Assembly (NCBI RefSeq): GCF_006345805.1 | Contig: NW_021828845.1 | Location: 1-7,502 of the forward strand | From: Octopus sinensis | Taxonomy: Eukaryota | Direction: 5' to 3' | Length of the DNA: 7,502 nt | Part shown: positions 5,333-7,502 of the stretch, piece by piece | Layout: each line of letters begins with the position of its first letter | How positions within the stretch are numbered: position 1 is the first letter of the stretch | Made by a program: the position numbers and the translations under genes | The notes under the pieces: generated by a model | What the model saw: only the letters and a program-made list of their open reading frames with translations | Databases searched by the model: none | What the model was told of the DNA's origin: nothing

Positions 5333-6890
5333 CATGGTTTACAAAAATTGCTTTTTTGCTCTGAGGCAAGGATGTGAATAGGTGGTTTTTACTAATTTTG
5401 ATGTGGTGAATTCAGTTTTCTGAACAGTTTTACTCTATCACCTCTGGTGTTTTTGCTTTCACATATCCCATTTTAATTATACTGCATATAAATTCAAAAT
5501 AGAATGTGTTTATTTCATCTGTTACAAAGGTAGTTTACAGAAAAAAAAAACAGATACAGAACATTGATGGAACTAAATTACTTGGATAACACAATATGCA
5601 CAAATCATAGTCTAACAGACAGTTAGAAGTGAGTTTTTTGGACGATCTTATGTACTTTGCCTGCGGGATGTCACGCATGAGCATCCAGCAAAAGTCACCC
5701 ATCATGCTGGCGTTCCACTTGCCTTGGTAGTTGCTCTCCATCTTAGTAATATCTTGGTAGTAGTAATATCTTGGTGGAACCTTTCTCCATGCTCATCACT
5801 CACTGCTCCAAGGTTCGGAGGGAAGAAGTTGAGGTGGGAGTGGAGAAAGTGAATTTTAAGTGACATTGGGCATCCAATATTCTCACAAGACTGTAACAAC
5901 TTCTCTATACACTTTTGGTAATCTAGTACCCTTGTGTTATCAAGAAAGCCATGGCAGACTGACTTAAATGCTTCGCATGCCCTCCGTTCCTTTAAGGTAA
6001 GAAGCTCTTCAAAGTCCTTATCCTTCAGCACCTTTCGGATCTGAGATCCGATGAAGGTGCCCTCCTTGAGCTTAGAAGAACACAGAGCTGGGAACAAAGT
6101 GCACACGTGTTGGAAGGAAGCACCATTTTTGTCGATGGCTTTCACGAAATTCTTCATTAAACCAAGCTTGATATGAAGAGGAGGAAGAAATATTTTGTCC
6201 ACCAGAGGATTTTCCTGGACACTGTTTTCAAGGCATGAAAGTACTCCTAGATCCTCAGTCCTTCTGCTTGTAGAGCTTGGACACAGCCTGACTGTCCAAG
6301 AGAAAGAGAAAGCAACAGTACTTTGTGAAGCCCACTTGCATACCATTAAGGAGACCATGACCTTGAGGTCCCCGCAGAGACTCCATTGGTACTGGTTGTA
6401 CTTGACAGCTTCCAAAAGGAATTCCATATTGCCATACGACTCCTTCAGAAGGACTGAGTGGGCAATGGGAATGCTGGGGTATATATTCCCATTGTGCCGG
6501 AGCAAAGCCTTGAGATTTCACTTGGAAGAGTCTATGAAAAGACGCCAGTCTGAGGGATTGTGTGGGAAACCAAGGAAGATGAATGAGCCAGGGACATTTG
6601 TGCAGTAGTACAACCTGTTTTCCATGCCGAAGAATGAAGCAAAGTTATGGTTCTGTGTCCGGAAACTGGTGATCCTTACATCTGCCTTGACCAGGTTCCA
6701 CTGCTTAAGCCGGTATGCCAAAGGTCATTCAAGTCTTCCTGCATGATCCAGTTGGGCTCATTGCCACTTGCTACTGAATAAACAGAGACTTTATCTTCAG
6801 AAGAGATCGACTTGGCAGAATCTTCCCCGAAGGCATTTCTTCATCTGATGAAGGAAGAAGAGCCTTATTTGTTGGGGGTGTAGGGACACA
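5333..6890 (-). mobile_element. Chapaev3-like (CMC superfamily) DNA transposon, 5'-truncated and decayed
   Basis: Transposase homology spans 5623-6890. The 3' terminus is tentative: TAA|CATGGTTTACAAAAATT at 5330-5349, resembling CAC-type Chapaev3 ends as recalled. No 5' terminus is visible. Confidence 0.75.
5623..6890 (-). pseudogene. Chapaev3-like transposase pseudogene
   Basis: Motifs across frames: VPTPP…DLNDL / RLKQWNL…WRLFIDSSK*NLKALLRHNGN.YPSIPIAHSV.LKE…CGDLKV / GMQVGFTKYCCFL..DS / LPPLHIKLGLMKNFVKA…MSLKIHFLHSHL…SDEHGERFHQDI / MESNYQGKWNASMMGDFCW. Disabled by stops at 6518-6520 and 6255-6257, frameshifts near 6357, 6233, 5760 and 5635, and a deletion near 6722. Confidence 0.9.
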
Positions 6891-6910
6891 GAAATAATTA
6901 ATTGACTGAC

Positions 6911-6963
6911 ATGCTCAAGACACCACACGCTGTTTGGCCTGGGAATCGACCCTATGATCTTAC
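6911..6963 (-). mobile_element. Short tRNA-like SINE head remnant
   Basis: The minus strand has GGTCGATTCCC (B-box-like) followed by GGTGTCTTGAGCA, similar to the GGCACCTTGAGCA segment of family A heads. Confidence 0.35.
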
Positions 6964-6974
6964 AATATATTCAC

Positions 6975-7072
6975 ACACATTTATATACTTATATATATAT
7001 ATATATGTTTAAATATTTATATTTTATATTTATTTATGCACATACATACATTCATAATGCATACAAACATAC

Positions 7073-7125
<53 letters not shown>

Positions 7126-7200
7126 ATAAGTAGGTATGTATATGTATTATGAATGTATGTGCATAAATAAATGTAATATATATATATATATATATATATA

Positions 7201-7234
<34 letters not shown>

Positions 7235-7345
7235 CATGTTTATATACATACATGTGCATTTATATATATATTTAAATAATTTTTTGACTTTTTAATTTAT
7301 TTATGCACATACACACATACATTATATTATATATATAGATTTATA
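6975..7345. repeat. Compound (TA)n/(TACA) low-complexity region containing three exact copies of an 18-mer
   Basis: TTTATTTATGCACATACA at 7029-7046 (+), 7154-7171 (-) and 7296-7313 (+). Confidence 0.92.
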
Positions 7346-7502
7346 AATGCTAATACTCACAGGCACACACACCACTATATTGAGTGTGTATGAATAGACA
7401 CACGTACGGACGTACACTGCTGATAAGAACGCATTAAGACTTGAAAGACTAACGATGATTTAAACTGTCTCAAAAAGAGACTAAATGTCACTTAAAATTA
7501 TC

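Noticed and set aside
5702-6505. 267-aa ORF as a functional gene
   Set aside because: A mosaic of in-frame and out-of-frame transposase segments between a premature stop and a duplication.
6195-6608. 137-aa plus-strand ORF
   Set aside because: Antisense shadow of the Chapaev-like transposase.
6845-6851. Additional CTGANGA words (6845 +, ~6795 -, ~6253 -)
   Set aside because: They lie inside transposase coding sequence with no stem II, GAAA or NUH arrangement downstream.
1-7502. tRNA genes, CRISPR arrays or prokaryotic systems
   Set aside because: A/B-box-like motifs all belong to SINE heads with no full cloverleaf, there is no repeat-spacer array, and the context is eukaryotic.

Overview
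AT-rich, repeat-dense eukaryotic non-coding DNA with no intact protein-coding gene. The SINE families and (TA)n landscape resemble octopus (coleoid cephalopod) DNA; this is an inference from recalled repeat consensus, not a database result. Contents: several copies of two tRNA-like SINE families; a TA-flanked 891-bp defective mariner whose ends are both copies of the 5' end; a decayed, 5'-truncated Chapaev3-like (CMC) DNA transposon; a possible LINE remnant; and many microsatellites. Most notable are two unrelated minimal type I hammerhead ribozyme motifs with palindromic helix III (437-482 and 2560-2625), the form known from Penelope-like elements. Each lies in a segment bounded by (TA)n tracts, and the first sits inside a ~93%-identical 223-bp fold-back that would mask it in a read-through transcript.
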